Of a stretch of DNA of 64,000 bases, positions 10,123 to 21,798 are shown in pieces (position 1 is the first letter of the stretch; each line of letters starts with the position of its first letter). This DNA comes from Candidatus Binatia bacterium (GTDB lineage: Bacteria > Desulfobacterota > Binatia > UBA9968 > JAJDTQ01): contig OY762897.2 of assembly GCA_963666515.2 (NCBI GenBank), positions 4,544,001-4,608,000 of the forward strand, in the 5' to 3' direction. The notes beneath the pieces were generated by a model. It had not been told where the DNA came from. It was given only the letters and a program-made list of their open reading frames with translations, and made no database searches. Made by a program: the position numbers and the translations under genes.

Positions 10123-11547
10123 ATGAGCCTCGATACACATTTGGCGGAGACCCTTGTCCGGGACGGCCTGCTGGCGCCTGGGGACGCCGTGCTCGTCGGC
10201 GTGTCCGGCGGTCTGGACTCCGTGGCGCTGCTACATCTTCTCCACGAGATCGGCCCGTCCCTCCGGCTGAGCCTGGAGGTGGCCCACGTCGACCACGGAA
10301 TCCGCGGGGACGAGAGCAGTGACGATGCCGAGTTCGTCCGGGGCATCGCCGCCGGCCTGTCGCTGCCGTTCCATCTCGCCCGCCTGGACTTGGCGCGGTC
10401 CGGCCGGGAGCGCGGTTCGGGAAACGTCGAGGCCCTGGCCCGGGAGCGGCGCTACCGGTTCTTTGCCGAGGTGGCGGCGAAACGGGGAATCGGCAAGGTG
10501 GCGGTAGGCCACAACCGCGACGACCAGGTGGAGACCATGCTCATGTGGCTGCTCCGGGGCTGTGGTCCCGAGGGGTTGCGGGGCATGCCGGCGGTGCGGC
10601 CCCTGGCCGGGGACGTGGCCGGCGCCGGAGGGGCGGTATTGATCCGCCCGTTTCTGGAGGTTTCCCGCGAGGACATCCTCTCCTTCCTGGGGAGCCGGGG
10701 CCTCACGCACCGGGAAGATCGCACCAACCGCGACACCGGCTACCTGCGGAACTGGATCCGCCTGAACCTGCTGCCGGGACTCCGGGAACGGAGCGAAGGC
10801 GGCCTGGAGGAGCGGCTCGTCCGTCTGGGCGGCATGTTGCGGTCCGACAACGCGCTGCTGGATCGGTGGGTCGCCGACGCCTACCCGCGGGTCGCCCGCG
10901 AAGACGTGCTGGACCGGGCGGCCTTTCTCCGGGTCGAACCCGAACTCCGGCCCCGGATGGTGCGTTTCTGGCTGGGCCGCGGCCTGAGGACGCTCCGGCG
11001 CCTGGGTTTCGTCCACGTGGACGCCGTCCTGAAGGTCATGGCCGCCGACCGGCCCCACGGCAGGGTTTCGCTACCGGGGGGCTGGACCGTGGTCCGGGAG
11101 TATGATTCCGTGCGGCTGGTCCGGTCGGCCAAGGGAGCCCGGACCGATATCCCGCGGACGGACGGCTACTCCTACCCGGTGCCGCTGGAGGGCGACGTGG
11201 ATATCCCCGAGGCCGGCGTCCGGTTGACCTCCTGGTGCTCTGCCGGCCGCGAGCTGCCGGAAAGCGGTCTCGAGGCGGCCTTCGACCTCGACGCCGTGAG
11301 GCGCGCCGAGGGGAGTCTCCACCTTCGCAACTTCCGCCCCGGCGACCGCTTCCGACCCCTGGGCATGGCCGGCCACAAGAAGCTGAAGGACCTCTTCATC
11401 GACCGGAAGGTCCCGCGCTCCCGGCGCCGCTCGGTGCCGCTGCTGCTGGCGGGGGGGGATATCCTGTGGGTTCCGGGCTGCGCCCGCAGCGATTTCGCCA
11501 GGGTCGAGTCCGGCACCGAGGCGGTCTGGCGGGTCAAGCTCTCGTAG
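10123..11547 (+). CDS. tilS: tRNA(Ile)-lysidine synthetase
   Basis: PP-loop 'SGGLDS', 'HVDHGIR', 'EALARERRY', 'GHNRDDQVET' and TilS C-terminal 'GDRFRPLG...KKLKDLF'. Confidence 0.95.
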   Translation: MSLDTHLAETLVRDGLLAPGDAVLVGVSGGLDSVALLHLLHEIGPSLRLSLEVAHVDHGIRGDESSDDAEFVRGIAAGLSLPFHLARLDLARSGRERGSGNVEALARERRYRFFAEVAAKRGIGKVAVGHNRDDQVETMLMWLLRGCGPEGLRGMPAVRPLAGDVAGAGGAVLIRPFLEVSREDILSFLGSRGLTHREDRTNRDTGYLRNWIRLNLLPGLRERSEGGLEERLVRLGGMLRSDNALLDRWVADAYPRVAREDVLDRAAFLRVEPELRPRMVRFWLGRGLRTLRRLGFVHVDAVLKVMAADRPHGRVSLPGGWTVVREYDSVRLVRSAKGARTDIPRTDGYSYPVPLEGDVDIPEAGVRLTSWCSAGRELPESGLEAAFDLDAVRRAEGSLHLRNFRPGDRFRPLGMAGHKKLKDLFIDRKVPRSRRRSVPLLLAGGDILWVPGCARSDFARVESGTEAVWRVKLS

Positions 11548-11695
11548 CGGCGTCTCGTAGCGGCGCGCCGAACGTTGCCCGGCGGCGCGCCGGCGGCCCT
11601 CGGTTGACTTACGCCGCTCCCGTTCTTATTGAATTGAAGTAGCCCTACCCGTGTGTTAACTTTTTCCGGGGTAAACGAGGTTGGAAAGGCCACCT

Positions 11696-13534
11696 TTGAA
11701 TCAAGCGACGAAAAACCTTGCCCTGTGGCTGGTCCTGGGGTTGATGTTCCTGCTGTTATTCAACGTCTTCACGCGGCAGCAGGGCAGGGAGCCAGAGATC
11801 ATCTACAGCGACTTCTGGTCCGCGGTGGAGCGCGGCGACGTCCAGGAGGTGACGATCCAGGGCCGGCACGTCCAGGGCAAGTACCAGAGCGGCGAGCGGT
11901 TCCGTACCTTTTCGCCCAGCGACCCGGGGCTCGTGAAGACGTTGCGGGAGAAGAACATCCGCATCGCCGCCAAGCCCGAGGACGACTCGCCCTGGTACTT
12001 CGTGCTGCTGGTGAACTGGTTCCCCATGCTGCTGCTGATCGGCGTCTGGATATTCTTCATGCGGCAGATGCAGGTGGGGGGCGGCAAGGCCATGTCCTTC
12101 GGCAAGAGTCGGGCGCGCCTCTTGAACGAGAATCAGGCGCGGGTCACGTTCAGCGACGTGGCCGGGGTGGACGAGGCCAAGGACGAGCTGCAGGAAGTCA
12201 TCGCGTTCCTCAAGGACCCCAAGAAGTTCACCCGCCTCGGCGGACGCATCCCCAAGGGCTGCCTGCTGGTGGGCCCTCCGGGCACCGGCAAGACCCTGCT
12301 GGCCCGGGCCATCGCGGGTGAGGCCGGGGTGCCGTTTTTCAGCATCAGCGGCTCGGACTTCGTCGAGATGTTCGTGGGCGTGGGCGCCTCGCGGGTGCGC
12401 GACCTGTTCGTGCAGGCCAAGAAGCAGGCGCCCTGCATCGTCTTCGTGGACGAGATCGACGCGGTCGGACGCCAGCGCGGCGCCGGACTGGGCGGCGGCC
12501 ACGACGAGCGGGAACAGACCCTCAACCAGTTGCTGGTGGAGATGGACGGCTTCGAGGCCAACGACGGCGTGATCCTCATCGCCGCCACCAACCGCCCCGA
12601 CGTGCTGGACCCGGCGCTCTTGCGGCCGGGCCGGTTCGACCGCCGGGTGGTGGTGCCGCGGCCCGACGTCAAGGGACGCGAAGGCATCCTGGCGGTGCAC
12701 AGCCGGCGGGTGCCCCTGGAGCACGACGTGGACATCCGGGTGCTGGCCCGGGGCACCCCCGGTTTCGCCGGCGCAGATCTCGAGAACCTTGTCAACGAGG
12801 CGGCTTTGCTGGCGGCGCGGAACGACAAGGAAAAGGTCAACATGAATGACTTTGAGCTGGCCAAGGACAAAGTCATGATGGGGACCGAGCGCAAGAGCAT
12901 GATCATCAGCGACGAGGAGAAGCGGAACACCGCCTATCACGAGTCCGGCCACGCGCTGGTGGCCAAGATGCTGCCGGGTGCCGACCCGGTCCACAAGGTG
13001 ACCATCATCCCGCGCGGCATGGCCCTGGGCCTGACCCAGCAGCTCCCAATGGACGAGCGCCACAGCCAGGACAGGCAGCACCTCCTGAACAACGTCACCA
13101 TCCTGTTCGGCGGGCGGGTCGCGGAGGAGCTGGTCCTCGACAACATGACCACGGGCGCCGGCAACGACATCGAGCGCGCCACCGAGATCGCCCACCGGAT
13201 GGTCTGCGAGTGGGGCATGAGCGAGAAGCTGGGCCCCATGACCTTCGGCAAGAAGGAAGAGCAGATCTTTCTCGGCCGGGATTTCACCCAGGCGCAGGAC
13301 TACTCGGAAAACACCGCGGTCGAGATCGACAGGGAAATCCGGCACATTATCCAGGAGTGTTACAGCAAGGCCAAGGAGATCCTGACCACGCATATCGAGC
13401 TCCTGCACCGGGTCTCCAAGGAGCTGCTGGACAAGGAAGTGCTGGACGGCGCGGAGATCGACGTCATCGTCAAGGAATACATGGGAGACAGCGGTCCCGA
13501 CCTGCCCACGACACCCGTTCCCGCCAGCGCCTGA
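11696..13534 (+). CDS. ftsH: ATP-dependent zinc metalloprotease FtsH
   Basis: Two TM segments, 'GPPGTGKT', 'DEIDAVG', 'RPGRFDR', 'HESGH'. Probable TTG start at 11696 ('[10 protein letters not shown]'). Confidence 0.97.
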   Translation: MNQATKNLALWLVLGLMFLLLFNVFTRQQGREPEIIYSDFWSAVERGDVQEVTIQGRHVQGKYQSGERFRTFSPSDPGLVKTLREKNIRIAAKPEDDSPWYFVLLVNWFPMLLLIGVWIFFMRQMQVGGGKAMSFGKSRARLLNENQARVTFSDVAGVDEAKDELQEVIAFLKDPKKFTRLGGRIPKGCLLVGPPGTGKTLLARAIAGEAGVPFFSISGSDFVEMFVGVGASRVRDLFVQAKKQAPCIVFVDEIDAVGRQRGAGLGGGHDEREQTLNQLLVEMDGFEANDGVILIAATNRPDVLDPALLRPGRFDRRVVVPRPDVKGREGILAVHSRRVPLEHDVDIRVLARGTPGFAGADLENLVNEAALLAARNDKEKVNMNDFELAKDKVMMGTERKSMIISDEEKRNTAYHESGHALVAKMLPGADPVHKVTIIPRGMALGLTQQLPMDERHSQDRQHLLNNVTILFGGRVAEELVLDNMTTGAGNDIERATEIAHRMVCEWGMSEKLGPMTFGKKEEQIFLGRDFTQAQDYSENTAVEIDREIRHIIQECYSKAKEILTTHIELLHRVSKELLDKEVLDGAEIDVIVKEYMGDSGPDLPTTPVPASA

Positions 13535-13538
13535 CAAT

Positions 13539-13639
13539 ATGGCGTCCTTCGACTTCGCTTCGCTACGCTCAGGACGAACGGAAACAGTTTCCAAAACCGT
13601 TCGTCCTGAGCGTAGCGAAGCGAAGTCGAAGGACGCCAT
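13539..13639. repeat. Perfect 43-bp inverted repeat (REP-like doublet)
   Basis: ATGGCGTCCTTCGACTTCGCTTCGCTACGCTCAGGACGAACGG at 13539-13581 and its exact reverse complement at 13597-13639, with a 15-nt spacer. Confidence 0.9.
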
Positions 13640-13724
13640 TCTGCTTACTCGGACAGGCTCCTAGGCGGGTCCCTCGCCGTGAAGCGGCTGCCCGGTCGCG
13701 AGAGCCGTGACCTGTATCATACTG

Positions 13725-14633
13725 ATGCCTAGCAAGCGAAACCGGCCCGAACCGCTATCGTTCGACGACGCTGGTCCGCGATCTGGTTTGGTGCTGGCGA
13801 CACGCCATGGCGACGTGGACATGCGTTCCCGCACCGCGGTTATGGGCATCCTGAACGTCACCCCCGATTCCTTTTCCGACGGCGGACGGTATCCCGATGT
13901 CGAGTCCGCGGTGGCCCGGGGCGTGGAGATGGCGCGGCAGGGCGCGAGCATCGTGGACGTGGGTGGAGAATCGACGCGCCCGGGAGCGGTGCCGGTCTCG
14001 GCAGCCGAGGAGTTGGAGCGGGTCATCCCGGTCCTTCGCGAGTTGCGGCGGCGAGTCGACGTACCCATAAGCATCGACACCTGCAAGGAAGAGGTGGCCC
14101 GTGGGGCGCTGGAGGCCGGCGCGGACATGGTGAACGACGTCAGCGCCCTGCGGTTCGATCCCGCCATGGTCGGACTGGTGGCACGTGAAGGCGTTCCCGT
14201 GGTCCTGATGCACATGAAGGGCAGGCCTCGGACCATGCAGATCGCGCCGCGCTATCGCGACGTGGTCGGGGAGGTAACCGCCTTTCTTCGGGAACGCGTC
14301 ACCTTTGCCGTGGGCAACGGCGTTGCCGCAGAACGCGTCGTGGTGGATCCCGGCATCGGCTTCGGCAAGGACCTGGACCACAACCTGGCGCTGCTGCGAA
14401 GCCTGGACACGTTGGCGTCCCTGGGCCGGCCGGTCCTCGTGGGTCTCTCCCGGAAGTCGTTTCTCGGCCGTTTGCAGGAGACCGCGGGACCGGAGAGCCG
14501 TTTGGCGGGAAGCCTTGCCGGAGCGGCCGCGGCGGTGCTGGCCGGAGCCCACATGGTGCGGGCGCACGACGTGTCCGAGACCTGGAGAGCGGTGCGGGTA
14601 GCGGATGCGATCCGGGGCCCCGTGAAACCCTAA
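13725..14633 (+). CDS. folP: Dihydropteroate synthase
   Basis: Motifs '[15 protein letters not shown]', 'GGESTRPG', 'DPGIGFGK', 'SRKSF', 'VRAHDV'; start uncertain. Confidence 0.95.
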   Translation: MPSKRNRPEPLSFDDAGPRSGLVLATRHGDVDMRSRTAVMGILNVTPDSFSDGGRYPDVESAVARGVEMARQGASIVDVGGESTRPGAVPVSAAEELERVIPVLRELRRRVDVPISIDTCKEEVARGALEAGADMVNDVSALRFDPAMVGLVAREGVPVVLMHMKGRPRTMQIAPRYRDVVGEVTAFLRERVTFAVGNGVAAERVVVDPGIGFGKDLDHNLALLRSLDTLASLGRPVLVGLSRKSFLGRLQETAGPESRLAGSLAGAAAAVLAGAHMVRAHDVSETWRAVRVADAIRGPVKP

Positions 14634-14664
14634 GGCGTGGCCGCTGTTCTCTGGAAGGGAGCCA

Positions 14665-16098
14665 ATGACGTCGGATGGACCACAAGTCGTTTCGGGCCTG
14701 CGCCGGCTGTTCGGCACCGACGGGATCCGCGGCACCGCCAACCAGGAGCCCATGACCTCGGAGACGGCCCTGAGGCTGGGCCGGGCCATCGCCCACGTGG
14801 CCGGCGGCCACGGCGGGGGAAAGGCCGCGCGCGGCGCCCTGGGACGGAAGCGCACCCACCCGCGACGCATCCTCATCGGCAAGGACACCCGCCTGTCGGG
14901 CTACATGTTCGAGACCGCGCTGGCGTCCGGGATCTGCTCCATGGGGGCGGACGTGCTGCTGGTGGGTCCGCTGCCGACCCCGGCGGTGGCGTTCCTCACC
15001 CGCAGCATGAGGGCGGACGCCGGGGTGGTGATCTCGGCGTCCCACAACCCGTACCAGGACAACGGCATCAAGTTCTTCTCCGGCGACGGCTTCAAGCTCC
15101 CCGATGCCTGGGAGCGGCGCATGGAGACGCTGGTCCGGGACGAGGAGTACGGCCCGCACCGGCCCGCGGCCATGGACATCGGCAAGGCGCACCGCATCGA
15201 CGACGCCCTGGGCAGGACTATTGCCTTCCTCAAGAGCACGTTCCCCGCGCATCTGTCCCTGGAGGGCCTGAAGATCGTCGTGGACTGCGCCAACGGCGCG
15301 GCGTACCGGGTGGCGCCGGACGTCCTGCGGGAGTTGGGGGCCGAGGTGATTCCGGTGGCGGTGGAGCCCGACGGCACCAACATCAACCTGGACTGCGGCT
15401 CGACGCACCCGGAGAAGGCGCGGGCGGCGCTCCGGGAGCACCGCGCCGACCTCGCCGTGTGCCTGGACGGCGACGCCGACCGGGCGCTCTTTATCGACGA
15501 GAAGGGCGGGCTGGTGGACGGCGACGAGGTGCTGGCCATGTGCGCCATCGGGATGAAACGCGCCGGTCTGCTGCCGTCCGGGGCCGTGGTGGCGACGGTG
15601 ATGAGCAACATGGGGCTCGACCTCGCCCTCCTAGAGCACGGCATCGAGGTTCTGAGGACGAACATCGGCGACCGCTACGTGGTGGAGCGCATGCGCGAGG
15701 GCGGGCACAACCTTGGCGGCGAGCAATCCGGCCACCTGGTGTTCCTGGACCACAACACCACGGGCGACGGTTGTCTCACGGCGCTGCAGGTGCTGGCGCT
15801 GATGATCGGGCAGGAAAAGCCCCTGAGCGAGCTGCGCCGGATCATGGGCAAGCTGCCGCAGGTGATGGTGAACGTGCCGGTCCGGGAACGGCAGCCGCTT
15901 TCCGAGCTGGATCAGGTCCAGGCGCGCATCGCCGAGAGCGAGCACCTGCTGGACGGCCGTGGCCGGGTGCTGGTGCGCTACTCCGGCACCGAGCCGCTGG
16001 CCCGGGTGATGATCGAGGGCGAGCCCGAGGACGAGATACGGCGGCTGGCCCAGGGGATCGCGGACGCGATCCGATCGAAGCTGGGGGTCGAAGGATGA
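14665..16098 (+). CDS. glmM: Phosphoglucosamine mutase
   Basis: Motifs 'LFGTDGIRG', 'SASHNP', 'DGDADR', 'GGEQSGH', 'RYSGTEP'. Confidence 0.96.
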   Translation: MTSDGPQVVSGLRRLFGTDGIRGTANQEPMTSETALRLGRAIAHVAGGHGGGKAARGALGRKRTHPRRILIGKDTRLSGYMFETALASGICSMGADVLLVGPLPTPAVAFLTRSMRADAGVVISASHNPYQDNGIKFFSGDGFKLPDAWERRMETLVRDEEYGPHRPAAMDIGKAHRIDDALGRTIAFLKSTFPAHLSLEGLKIVVDCANGAAYRVAPDVLRELGAEVIPVAVEPDGTNINLDCGSTHPEKARAALREHRADLAVCLDGDADRALFIDEKGGLVDGDEVLAMCAIGMKRAGLLPSGAVVATVMSNMGLDLALLEHGIEVLRTNIGDRYVVERMREGGHNLGGEQSGHLVFLDHNTTGDGCLTALQVLALMIGQEKPLSELRRIMGKLPQVMVNVPVRERQPLSELDQVQARIAESEHLLDGRGRVLVRYSGTEPLARVMIEGEPEDEIRRLAQGIADAIRSKLGVEG

Positions 16099-16826
16099 TG
16101 CGTCTCGGAGTCAACGTGGACCACGTGGCCACCGTGCGCCAGGCCCGGATGATCGACATCCCGGACCCGGTGGAGGCGGCGCTCCTGGCCGAGCAGGCCG
16201 GCGCCGACGTCATCACCGTGCACCTGCGCGAGGACCGCCGCCACATCCAGGAAGACGACGTGGCCCGCCTGCGGCGGCGGCTGACCGCCGCGCTTAACCT
16301 GGAGATGGCCGGCACCCCGGAGATGACCCGGCACGCCATCGCGCTCAAGCCCGACGACGCCTGCCTGGTGCCCGAGCGGCGGGAGGAGCTGACCACCGAG
16401 GGCGGCCTCGACGTGGCCGGCCACAAGGAGCAGCTCGGGGACGTGGTGGCCCGCCTGCGGGATGCGGGGATTCGCGTGAGCCTGTTCGTGGACCCGGACC
16501 CGGCGCAGATCGAGGCCGGCCGGGAGTTGGGCGCCGACGCCGTGGAGATCCACACCGGCACCTATTGCAACGCCACCGGACCGGGGGTGGAGCAGGAGCT
16601 CGAGACGGTGCGCCGGGGTGCGGCGCTGGCCACACGCCTGGGCCTGGAGGTTCACGGCGGCCACGGCCTCAACGCCGGCAACGTCAGGCCGATTGCGGCC
16701 ATCGAGGAGATCGTCGAGTTGAACATCGGGCACAGCATCGTCGCCCGCGCCGTCATGGTCGGGATGGCCCAGGCGGTGAAGGAGATGAAGGCCCTCATCG
16801 ACGAAGCCCGGAAGGCAGGCGGCTGA
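16095..16826 (+). CDS. pdxJ: Pyridoxine 5'-phosphate synthase
   Basis: Motifs '[15 protein letters not shown]', 'HLREDRRHI', 'ELTTEGGL', 'ELNIGH'. Confidence 0.96.
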   Translation: MMRLGVNVDHVATVRQARMIDIPDPVEAALLAEQAGADVITVHLREDRRHIQEDDVARLRRRLTAALNLEMAGTPEMTRHAIALKPDDACLVPERREELTTEGGLDVAGHKEQLGDVVARLRDAGIRVSLFVDPDPAQIEAGRELGADAVEIHTGTYCNATGPGVEQELETVRRGAALATRLGLEVHGGHGLNAGNVRPIAAIEEIVELNIGHSIVARAVMVGMAQAVKEMKALIDEARKAGG

Positions 16827-16829
16827 CCC

Positions 16830-18398
16830 ATGCACGTGGTGACCGCAGCCGAGATGCGCCGCCTGGACCATCTCACCATCCATGCCCACGGGGTGCCGAG
16901 CCTGACCCTCATGGAGCGCGCGGGGCAGGGGGTGGTGGACGTCATCCTCAAGCGCTGGACCCAGTTGGCCAAGCGCGGCGTGCTGGTGGTGGCAGGCAAG
17001 GGCAACAACGGCGGCGACGGGCTGGTGATCGCGCGGCTGCTGAGAGAGCGGGAGTTCCCGTGCGAGGTGGCCTGCGTCGCCCGGGCGCAGGAGCTGTCGC
17101 CGGACGCCGCGGCCAATCTCGACCGCTATCGGTCGGTAGGGGGGACCTTCACGGAGATCCCCCCCGGCGACGTCGAGAGCCTCGACCGGCACATCCGGGA
17201 CAAGGGGCTCCTGGTGGACGCCCTTTTGGGAACCGGCCTGCGAAGCCCGGTGGAGGGATTCCTGGCGGACGTGGTGGAGCTGATGAACGCGTCCGGCGTT
17301 CCCATCGTCGCGGTGGACACGCCGTCGGGCCTGGACTCCGACCGCGGCGTTCCCCTGGGCGCCGCGGTCCAGGCCGAGGTCACGGTGACCTTCGGCTTCC
17401 CCAAGACCGGGCAGGTGGTCTACCCCGGTGTCACCCACTGCGGCGACCTGGTGGTGGCCGACATCGGCATCCGGGAGGAAGCGGTGGCCGAGGTGGCCCC
17501 GTCGGCGGAACTGCTGGATTCGGCCGACGTGGTATGGCTCCTGCCCAGGCGGGCGGACGACTCGCACAAGGGCAGCTACGGCCACCTGCTGGTCATGGCC
17601 GGATCGCGGGGCAAGACCGGCGCCGCGGTGCTCGGTTGCCGGGCGGCCATGCGGGTGGGCACCGGCCTGGTGACCCTGGCGGCGCCCCGGGGGCTCAACG
17701 AGATCCTGGCGGGCGCGCTGGCGGAGCCCATGACCGAGCCCTTGGGGGAGCCGGGCGAGGACCGTTGGCCGGCGCTCGGCTCCAGGGATTGGGATACCCT
17801 GTCCGAGCGCAAGAGCGGGGTCCTGTTCGGGCCCGGCTTGGGCGTCCATGCGGCCGCCCAAGGGACCCTGGACATGCTGCTGGAGCATTGCAGCATGCCG
17901 TGGCTCATCGACGCCGACGGGCTCAACAACCTGGCAGCGGACGTGAGCCGGCTTCGGGACGCCCGGGTGCCGCCGGTGCTGACGCCGCACCCCGGCGAGA
18001 TGAGCCGCCTTGCCGGGATGGATACCGCGGAGGTCAACGGCGACCGCGTGGGCGTCGCCCGGGCCTTTGCCCAGGAGAACCGTTGTTACCTGGTTCTCAA
18101 GGGCGCGAGAACGGTGATGGCCACCCCCGAGGGGAGGGTGTCCATCAACCCCACCGGCAACGCCGGTATGGCCAGCGGGGGCATGGGCGACGTGCTCGCC
18201 GGCATGGTCGCGGGGTTCCTGGCCCAGGGCCTGCCGCCGGAAGATGCGGTCCGGCTGGGAGTGTACCTCCACGGCCGCGCCGGCGACCGGGTGGCGGACG
18301 ACCGCGGCGCCGTCGGGCTCATCGCCTCGGACCTGGTGGAGGATCTGCCGCGCGCCATCAAGGAGCTGGGGCAGGTCAGGGAGTTGATACGGTCGTGA
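16830..18398 (+). CDS. nnr: Bifunctional NAD(P)H-hydrate epimerase/dehydratase
   Basis: Motifs 'LMERAG', 'GKGNNGGDG', 'DALLGTG', 'HKGSYG', 'LTPHPGEM', 'GGMGDVLAG'. Confidence 0.95.
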   Translation: MHVVTAAEMRRLDHLTIHAHGVPSLTLMERAGQGVVDVILKRWTQLAKRGVLVVAGKGNNGGDGLVIARLLREREFPCEVACVARAQELSPDAAANLDRYRSVGGTFTEIPPGDVESLDRHIRDKGLLVDALLGTGLRSPVEGFLADVVELMNASGVPIVAVDTPSGLDSDRGVPLGAAVQAEVTVTFGFPKTGQVVYPGVTHCGDLVVADIGIREEAVAEVAPSAELLDSADVVWLLPRRADDSHKGSYGHLLVMAGSRGKTGAAVLGCRAAMRVGTGLVTLAAPRGLNEILAGALAEPMTEPLGEPGEDRWPALGSRDWDTLSERKSGVLFGPGLGVHAAAQGTLDMLLEHCSMPWLIDADGLNNLAADVSRLRDARVPPVLTPHPGEMSRLAGMDTAEVNGDRVGVARAFAQENRCYLVLKGARTVMATPEGRVSINPTGNAGMASGGMGDVLAGMVAGFLAQGLPPEDAVRLGVYLHGRAGDRVADDRGAVGLIASDLVEDLPRAIKELGQVRELIRS

Positions 18399-18931
18399 AC
18401 GCCCGCGAATACCATGTCACCACCGGCTCGCCGGAGGGGACCCGGGCGCTGGGACGCGCGTTGGCCGGACTGCTGCGCGGCGGAGAGGTCCTGGGGCTCT
18501 CGGGCGATCTGGGCAGCGGCAAGACCTGCTTCGTGCACGGATTGGCCGAAGGGCTCGAGGTGGGCGGAAACAGTTGGGTGCGGAGCCCCACCTTCACGCT
18601 CATCAACGAGTACGAGGGGCGGCTGCCGCTGGTGCACGCGGACCTCTTCCGCGTGGCGCCCGGACCGGAGATGGAGGACCTCCACCTGGAGGAGTACTTC
18701 GCGTCCGGCAGCGTCTGCGTGGTGGAGTGGTTCGAGCGCCTGGATGACGTGGGCGTCGACGAGTACATGGGCGTGACCTTCCGCTACGTGGACGAAGAGC
18801 GCCGGGAGCTGCGCTTCACCGCGCACGGCCGCCGCTACGAGGAGATGGTGGCCAAGCTGAAGGGTGCGACCTTCCGTCATTCCCGCGAAAGCGGGAATCC
18901 ACGCGGGGCGGCCGGCCGTGAGCAGGCGTGA
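18395..18931 (+). CDS. tsaE: tRNA threonylcarbamoyladenosine biosynthesis ATPase
   Basis: GTG start overlapping the nnr stop; motifs 'GDLGSGKT', 'SPTFTL', 'HADLFR', 'VEW'. Confidence 0.93.
   Translation: MNAREYHVTTGSPEGTRALGRALAGLLRGGEVLGLSGDLGSGKTCFVHGLAEGLEVGGNSWVRSPTFTLINEYEGRLPLVHADLFRVAPGPEMEDLHLEEYFASGSVCVVEWFERLDDVGVDEYMGVTFRYVDEERRELRFTAHGRRYEEMVAKLKGATFRHSRESGNPRGAAGREQA
18872..18901 (+). repeat. REP-like palindrome GTCATTCCCGCGAAAGCGGGAATCCA inside the 3' end of tsaE
   Basis: Hairpin ATTCCCGC-GAAA-GCGGGAAT; a second family member lies at 56851-56880 on the minus strand. Confidence 0.8.
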
Positions 18932-18935
18932 ACGT

Positions 18936-20162
18936 ATGGCGCTGATCGTGCAGAAATACGGCGGCACGTCGGTGGGCATGGTGGAGCGCATCCGCAACGT
19001 CGCCCAGCGCGTGGCGTCCACGCGCGGGCAGGGGAACGACGTGGTGGTGGTGGTGTCGGCCATGTCGGGGGAGACCAACCGGCTGCTGAACCTGGCCAAC
19101 CAGGTTTCGTCACACGTGGACGACCGGGAGATCGACGTGCTGCTGGCCTCCGGCGAGCAGGTCTCCTGCGCCCTGCTGGCGCTGGCGCTCAAGGACCTGG
19201 GACTGCCGGCGCGCTCGTTCCTCGGCCACCAGGTGCGCATCGCCACGGACAGCGCGCACGGGCGCGCGCGGATCAAGAGCATCGACTCCACCCGCGTTCG
19301 GCAGTCGCTGAAGCGGAACGAGGTGGTGGTGGTGGCGGGCTTTCAGGGGGTCGACGAGGCCGACAACATCACCACCCTGGGGCGCGGCGGCTCGGACACC
19401 AGCGCGGTGGCCATGGCCGCGGCCCTGGACGCGTCGGTGTGCGAGATATACACGGACGTGGACGGCATCTACACGGCCGATCCCTTCGTGTGCCCGAGGG
19501 CGCGCAAGCTGGACCGGGTCACCTACGACGAAATGCTGGAGATGGCCAGTCTGGGAGCCCGGGTGCTGCAGATCCGCTCGGTGGAGACGGCCAAGCGGTT
19601 CGGCGTCCGGGTGCACCTGCGCTCCAGCTTCAGCGACGGCGAGGGCACTTGGCTGGTCGAGGAGGAAGAGCAAATGGATTCGGTTCTGGTTTCGGCAGTG
19701 ACCTGCGACAACGACGAAGCCAAGATCACCATCCGCAGCGTGCCGGACCGCGCCGGGCTCGCCGCCCAGATATTCGGCCCCATCGCGGAGGCCAACATCG
19801 TGGTGGACATGATCATCCAGAACGCCGGCGCTGACGGCACCACCGACGTCACCTTCACCGTGCCCAAGAAGGACCACCCGAAGGCCATGGAATTGATTGA
19901 AAAAACCGCGCCCTTGATCCATGCTGAGGGAGTGACCTCCGACACGCACATCGCCAAGGTGTCGGTGGTGGGGGTCGGCGTGAGAACGAACGCGGGCGTG
20001 GCCGCGAAGATGTTCCAGACGCTGGCGGAACAGTCCATCAACATCGAGATGATCTCGACCTCCGAGATCAAGGTGTCGGTGGTGGTGAACGAGAAGGACA
20101 GCCGCCGGGCGGTGGATTCGCTGCACGCTTCGTTGATCGAAGGCAGGAGAGGGCATGAGTGA
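18936..20162 (+). CDS. lysC: Aspartate kinase
   Basis: Motifs '[13 protein letters not shown]', '[12 protein letters not shown]', 'YTDVDG', and two ACT domains ending 'ISTSEIK'. Confidence 0.96.
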   Translation: MALIVQKYGGTSVGMVERIRNVAQRVASTRGQGNDVVVVVSAMSGETNRLLNLANQVSSHVDDREIDVLLASGEQVSCALLALALKDLGLPARSFLGHQVRIATDSAHGRARIKSIDSTRVRQSLKRNEVVVVAGFQGVDEADNITTLGRGGSDTSAVAMAAALDASVCEIYTDVDGIYTADPFVCPRARKLDRVTYDEMLEMASLGARVLQIRSVETAKRFGVRVHLRSSFSDGEGTWLVEEEEQMDSVLVSAVTCDNDEAKITIRSVPDRAGLAAQIFGPIAEANIVVDMIIQNAGADGTTDVTFTVPKKDHPKAMELIEKTAPLIHAEGVTSDTHIAKVSVVGVGVRTNAGVAAKMFQTLAEQSINIEMISTSEIKVSVVVNEKDSRRAVDSLHASLIEGRRGHE

Positions 20163-21759
20163 CTTGTTGTTGTACGATACGACGTTACGGGACGGGTGCC
20201 AGAGCGAGGATGTCTCCTTCAGCCTGAAGGACAAGCTGCGGGTCGCGGAGAGCCTGGTGGACCTGGGCATCCACTACATCGAAGGCGGCTATCCCGGCTC
20301 CAATCCCCGGGACGCCGAGTTCTTCAAGGAAGTCCGGAACCTGAATCTCAGGAAGACACGTGTGGCGGCCTTCGGGACCACCCGCCGGCCGTCGGTCAAG
20401 CCGGCGCAGGACGCTAGCCTGAAGCTCTTGCTGGCGGCCAAGACCCCGGTGGTGACCCTGGTGGGGAAGACCTGGGACCTGCACGTGCGTGACGACCTCC
20501 GCATCAGCAAGAAGGCCAACCTGGAGGTGATCGGCGATTCCATCGCCTTCATGAAGAAGCGCGTCGACGAGGTGATGTTCGATGCCGAGCACTTCTTCGA
20601 CGGCTACCGCAGCAACCCGGAGTTCGCGCTGGAATGCCTGAAGGCGGCCGAGGCCGGCGGCGCCGACTGGATCGTGCTCTGCGACACCAACGGCGGCAAC
20701 ATGCCGGGCGACATCGGCGCGGCGGTGGCCCGTGTCAAGGAGGCAGTGAAGACGCCGCTGGGGATCCATTGCCACAACGACTGCGAGCTGGCGGTGGCCA
20801 ACACCATGGTGGCGGTGGAGAACGGCGTCCGCCAGGTGCAGGGCACCATCAACGGCTTCGGCGAGCGTTGCGGCAACCTGAACCTGTGCTCGGTGCTGCC
20901 CAACCTCCAGTTGAAGCAGGGCTACAAGTGCGTGCGCGCGTCGCAGTTGCGCCGGCTGCGGGAGATCTCGCACCTGGTCTACGAGCTGGCCAACGTGGTG
21001 CCGGCCAAGCGGCAGCCCTACGTGGGCGAGAGCGCGTTCGCGCACAAGGGCGGGCTCCACGTGTCCGGCATCATCAAGAACCGCGAGACCTACGAGCACA
21101 TCGAGCCGGAGCTGGTGGGTAGCCGCCAGCGCGTGCTGGTGTCGGACCTGTCCGGCCGCAGCAACATCGTCTACAAGGCGCGGGAGTACGACATCGACCT
21201 GAACGGCCAGGACCAGGCCGTGCACCAGATCCTCAACCGGATCAAGGAGCTGGAGAGCCAGGGCTACGAGTTCGAGGCCGCGGAGGCGTCCTTCGAGCTG
21301 CTGATCCAGGAGGCGCTGGGGAGGAAGAAGCGCAACTTCCGCCTCGACGGCTTCCGGGTCATCGACGAGAAGCGGGTGGAGGACGAGCCGCCGCTGTCCG
21401 AGGCCACCGTTAAGGTGGAGGTGAAAGGCGTGATGGAGCACGCCGCGGCCCTGGGCAGCGGGCCGGTGCACGCGCTGGACCGCGCCCTGCGCAAGGCGCT
21501 GACGGGGTTCTACCCGTCCCTGGAGGAAGTGGAGCTGCTGGACTACAAGGTCCGGGTACTGTCGTCCGGGGAGGGCACCGGCGCCTCGGTCCGGGTGCTC
21601 ATCGAGTCGGGCGACGGCCACAGCCAGTGGGGCACGGTGGGAGTGTCCCACAACGTCATAGAGGCGAGCTGGCAGGCGCTCGTGGACAGCATCGACTACA
21701 AGCTCTACAAGGACAGGAAGAGGAGGGGGCACGCGGCCAAGGCGCAGGCCGCGTCCTGA
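20155..21759 (+). CDS. cimA: Citramalate synthase
   Basis: Motifs 'YDTTLRDG.Q', 'EGGYPGSNP', 'DAEHFFDG', 'AFAHKGGLH' and a LeuA-type C-terminal domain. Confidence 0.92.
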   Translation: MSDLLLYDTTLRDGCQSEDVSFSLKDKLRVAESLVDLGIHYIEGGYPGSNPRDAEFFKEVRNLNLRKTRVAAFGTTRRPSVKPAQDASLKLLLAAKTPVVTLVGKTWDLHVRDDLRISKKANLEVIGDSIAFMKKRVDEVMFDAEHFFDGYRSNPEFALECLKAAEAGGADWIVLCDTNGGNMPGDIGAAVARVKEAVKTPLGIHCHNDCELAVANTMVAVENGVRQVQGTINGFGERCGNLNLCSVLPNLQLKQGYKCVRASQLRRLREISHLVYELANVVPAKRQPYVGESAFAHKGGLHVSGIIKNRETYEHIEPELVGSRQRVLVSDLSGRSNIVYKAREYDIDLNGQDQAVHQILNRIKELESQGYEFEAAEASFELLIQEALGRKKRNFRLDGFRVIDEKRVEDEPPLSEATVKVEVKGVMEHAAALGSGPVHALDRALRKALTGFYPSLEEVELLDYKVRVLSSGEGTGASVRVLIESGDGHSQWGTVGVSHNVIEASWQALVDSIDYKLYKDRKRRGHAAKAQAAS

Positions 21760-21798
21760 CCGCGGCGTCAGCCGCGTCTTCCTGCGAGCCGGCCGCCC

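Noticed and set aside
14637-16094. Apparent long N-terminal extensions of pdxJ (likewise tsaE from 16565 and purN from 26227)
   Set aside because: These are open alternative frames over the upstream genes; the real starts are coupled to, or follow, the upstream stops.
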